DNA of 64,000 nt from Armatimonadota bacterium (GTDB taxonomy: Bacteria; Sysuimicrobiota; Sysuimicrobiia; Sysuimicrobiales; Kaftiobacteriaceae), in NCBI GenBank assembly GCA_037440005.1, contig JBBIUY010000007.1:26671-90670 (forward strand). The letters are read 5' to 3'. Shown in pieces: positions 62,302-64,000 of this stretch (positions within the stretch are counted from its first letter, which is position 1; every line of letters starts with the position of its first letter). The notes beneath the pieces were generated by a model. The model saw nothing but the letters and a program-made list of their open reading frames with translations, did no database searches and was not told the DNA's origin. Made by a program: the position numbers and the translations under genes.

Positions 62302-63469
62302 CCCGGTGCGCCGTTCCCCGTCGCTGCAGGTGCAGCTGGCCCTGGCCTTTGCGGCCGTGGCGCTGCTCTCGGTGGCGGTGGTGGCGTTCTGGGCGCGGCA
62401 GATCACCGCCCTGCAGATCGCCGCCTACCACGAGCGCATCCGCCGGGGCGAGGTGTCCTGGCTGCTGGACCAGCCGCCGCCCGTGCGGGAGGGTTTCGTG
62501 CGGGGAGTCAAGCCCGCCCTGTTCGCCGCCTCCCAGCGGGTGTTCCTGGCCAACTTCAACCGGTCCCTGTGGCTGGCGGGGGGAACGGCCGGCCTGCTGG
62601 CGGTGGTGGCGGGGGTGGTCCTGGCGCGGCGCCTGTCCCGCCCCCTGCGGGACCTGCACGACGCCGTGGTGGCGGTGGCCGCCGGCCACCTGGACCGGGA
62701 GCTGCGCCTGCAGGGCGGCGGCGAGCTGGAGGACGTGGCGGGGGCGTTCAACCAGATGGCCCGCCGGCTGCGGGAAAGCGAGCGGCAGCGCCGCGAGCTG
62801 CTGGCGGCCATCGCCCATGAGTTGCGCACGCCCCTGGCCATCATCGAAGGGAATCTGGAGGCCATCCTGGACGGGGTGCGGGAGCCCACTCCCGACCTGG
62901 TGGCCGTCCTGCACACCCAGAGCGCCCTGCTCAACCAGCTGATCACCGACCTGCGGGACCTGACCCTGGCCGACGCGGGGCGGCTCCACCTGCACCGCCG
63001 CCCGGTGGACCTGGCCGGGCTGTGCCGGGAGTCGGCGGAGGCGCTGAGCCTGTGGGCCGCCGAGCGCCAGGTGCAGGTCCAGGTGCAGAGCCGGGGCGAC
63101 ACCACCGCCGAGGTGGACCCGGCGCGGATGAGGCAGGTGGTGCAGAACCTGCTGCACAACGCCGTGCGGTTCACTCCCCCCGGAGGCCAGGTGACGGTGA
63201 CCGTGGCGGAGTCCGCACGGGGGGAGCGGCGGTGGGTGACGCTGGTGGTGGACGACGAGGGGCCGGGCATTCCTCCCGCCGACCTGGACCACGTCTTTGA
63301 GCCCTTCTACCGGGCCGACCCGTCCCGCTCCCGCGCCACCGGCGGCAGCGGGCTGGGGCTGGCCGTGGTGAAGCGGCTGGTGGAGGTCCACGGCGGGGAG
63401 GCGTCCGTGGAGAACCGGCCGGGCGGGGGCAGCCGTTTCACCGTGCGGCTTCCCGCCCAGTCATCCTGA
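62294..63469 (+). CDS. sensor histidine kinase (TM-HAMP-HisKA-HATPase)
   Basis: H-box 'IAHELRTPLA', N-box 'LLHNAVRFT' and G-boxes 'DEGPGI' / 'GSGLGLAVV'. Overlaps the response regulator gene by 8 nt. Confidence 0.9.
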   Translation: MDSPVRRSPSLQVQLALAFAAVALLSVAVVAFWARQITALQIAAYHERIRRGEVSWLLDQPPPVREGFVRGVKPALFAASQRVFLANFNRSLWLAGGTAGLLAVVAGVVLARRLSRPLRDLHDAVVAVAAGHLDRELRLQGGGELEDVAGAFNQMARRLRESERQRRELLAAIAHELRTPLAIIEGNLEAILDGVREPTPDLVAVLHTQSALLNQLITDLRDLTLADAGRLHLHRRPVDLAGLCRESAEALSLWAAERQVQVQVQSRGDTTAEVDPARMRQVVQNLLHNAVRFTPPGGQVTVTVAESARGERRWVTLVVDDEGPGIPPADLDHVFEPFYRADPSRSRATGGSGLGLAVVKRLVEVHGGEASVENRPGGGSRFTVRLPAQSS

Positions 63470-63554
63470 GGGCGCCTCCGATCGGCGGTCGCGGGCGGAG
63501 CAGCCCGCGCCCGCCGCGGTGCGTGGAGGAGGCCGGACGGAGGGGAGGGACGCG

Positions 63555-64000
63555 GTGAGGCGCACGGGCGTGCGCGTGGCGGGCGCCGCGGTGGTGGTGG
63601 CGCTGGCGGCGGCGGGGGCGAGAGCGCAGCCGGCGGTGTCGCTGCCGGCCGCGGTGGAGACGGCGGTGGCCCGGCATCCCGCGGTGGCCGCCGCCCGGCA
63701 GGCGCTGGAGGCGGCCCGGGCGCGGCTGGATCAGGTGCGGGCCGGCCGCGCTCTTCAGGTGGCTGTGGTGGTGCAGTCCGCCTACGGGACCACCGCCGTG
63801 GCCCCCGGCGCGCCGGCCTGGACCACCACGGGCGAGGTGCAGGCGTCGGTGGACCTGGTCAACCTGCTGGCCCGCTATCAGGTGGAGCAGGCCGAGGCCA
63901 CGGTGCGCGCGGCCGAGGCGGCGCTGGCGCAAGCCCGTCAGGACACCGCCCTGGCGGCCGCCCAGGCGTACTTCGCCGTCCTGCGGGCCCAGGCGGTGGT
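63555..64000 (+). CDS. TolC-like outer-membrane efflux protein, N-terminal part (runs off the window)
   Basis: GTG preceded by a GGAGGGGAGGGA SD. My translation reads 'VRRTGVRVAGAAVVVALAAAGARAQPAVSLPAAVETAVARHPAVAAARQALEAARARLDQ...AQAYFAVLRAQ', an OEP-family pattern. Not in the ORF track because it is open-ended. Confidence 0.6.
   Translation, partial: MRRTGVRVAGAAVVVALAAAGARAQPAVSLPAAVETAVARHPAVAAARQALEAARARLDQVRAGRALQVAVVVQSAYGTTAVAPGAPAWTTTGEVQASVDLVNLLARYQVEQAEATVRAAEAALAQARQDTALAAAQAYFAVLRAQAV

Overview
This is a very GC-rich (about 70% by eye, strong GC3 bias), densely coding bacterial chromosomal segment. I support about 60 CDS, 2 tRNAs and several non-coding elements. Most long ORFs in the six-frame track are GC-driven antisense or out-of-frame artefacts (Arg/Gly/Pro/Ala-rich). 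I kept only frames with protein-like composition and recognisable family motifs. Many starts were trimmed to the first start codon that has a Shine-Dalgarno (SD) sequence or an ATGA/GTGA overlap with the upstream gene.

Content is mainly transport and metabolism:
- LIV-type amino-acid ABC importer with a LivM-LivG fusion, followed by hisD.
- Dpp/Opp-type importer coupled to a formamidase.
- Aminotransferase plus SDR.
- Alpha-oxoamine synthase plus a membrane alkaline-phosphatase-family protein.
- CrtI-like oxidoreductase and sixA.
- Large zinc-ribbon/cyclase/STAND/TPR protein.
- M42 peptidase, P5C dehydrogenase, glyA.
- ECF transporter operon.
- BMP-type (nucleoside-like) ABC importer.
- Form-II coxSLM-type molybdoenzyme.
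- mhqED-like dioxygenase/esterase pair.
- HtrA, OmpR/HK two-component pair and a TolC-like gene at the right edge.

I saw no CRISPR array, transposase, integrase, rRNA or recognisable defence system.

The most unusual signals are non-coding:
1. tRNA-Gly(CCC) is followed by two 100% identical 211-bp tandem units. Each unit re-creates the tRNA 3' end and is highly structured.
2. A roughly 330-bp intergenic tract at 44.8-45.13 kb is packed with GAC(N)GTCCCC and GAGGTACCTGTCC repeats plus a perfect 16-bp hairpin.
3. A 116-nt hairpin built from CCTTCAA heptamers covers two convergent stop codons.

An orphan glucosaminidase plus holin-like pair, a Zn-ribbon/TIM-barrel fusion inside the ECF operon, and a degenerate GGDEF protein next to a tiny Lys/Arg/Ala-rich protein are the most interesting coding oddities.

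Taxon cannot be established from the sequence alone. Gene content (ECF transporters, mhqED-like pair, Cu-amine-oxidase-N-type lysin tail, strong SDs) is reminiscent of high-GC Firmicutes-like lineages, and the TolC-like gene would suggest an outer membrane. This is inference only.
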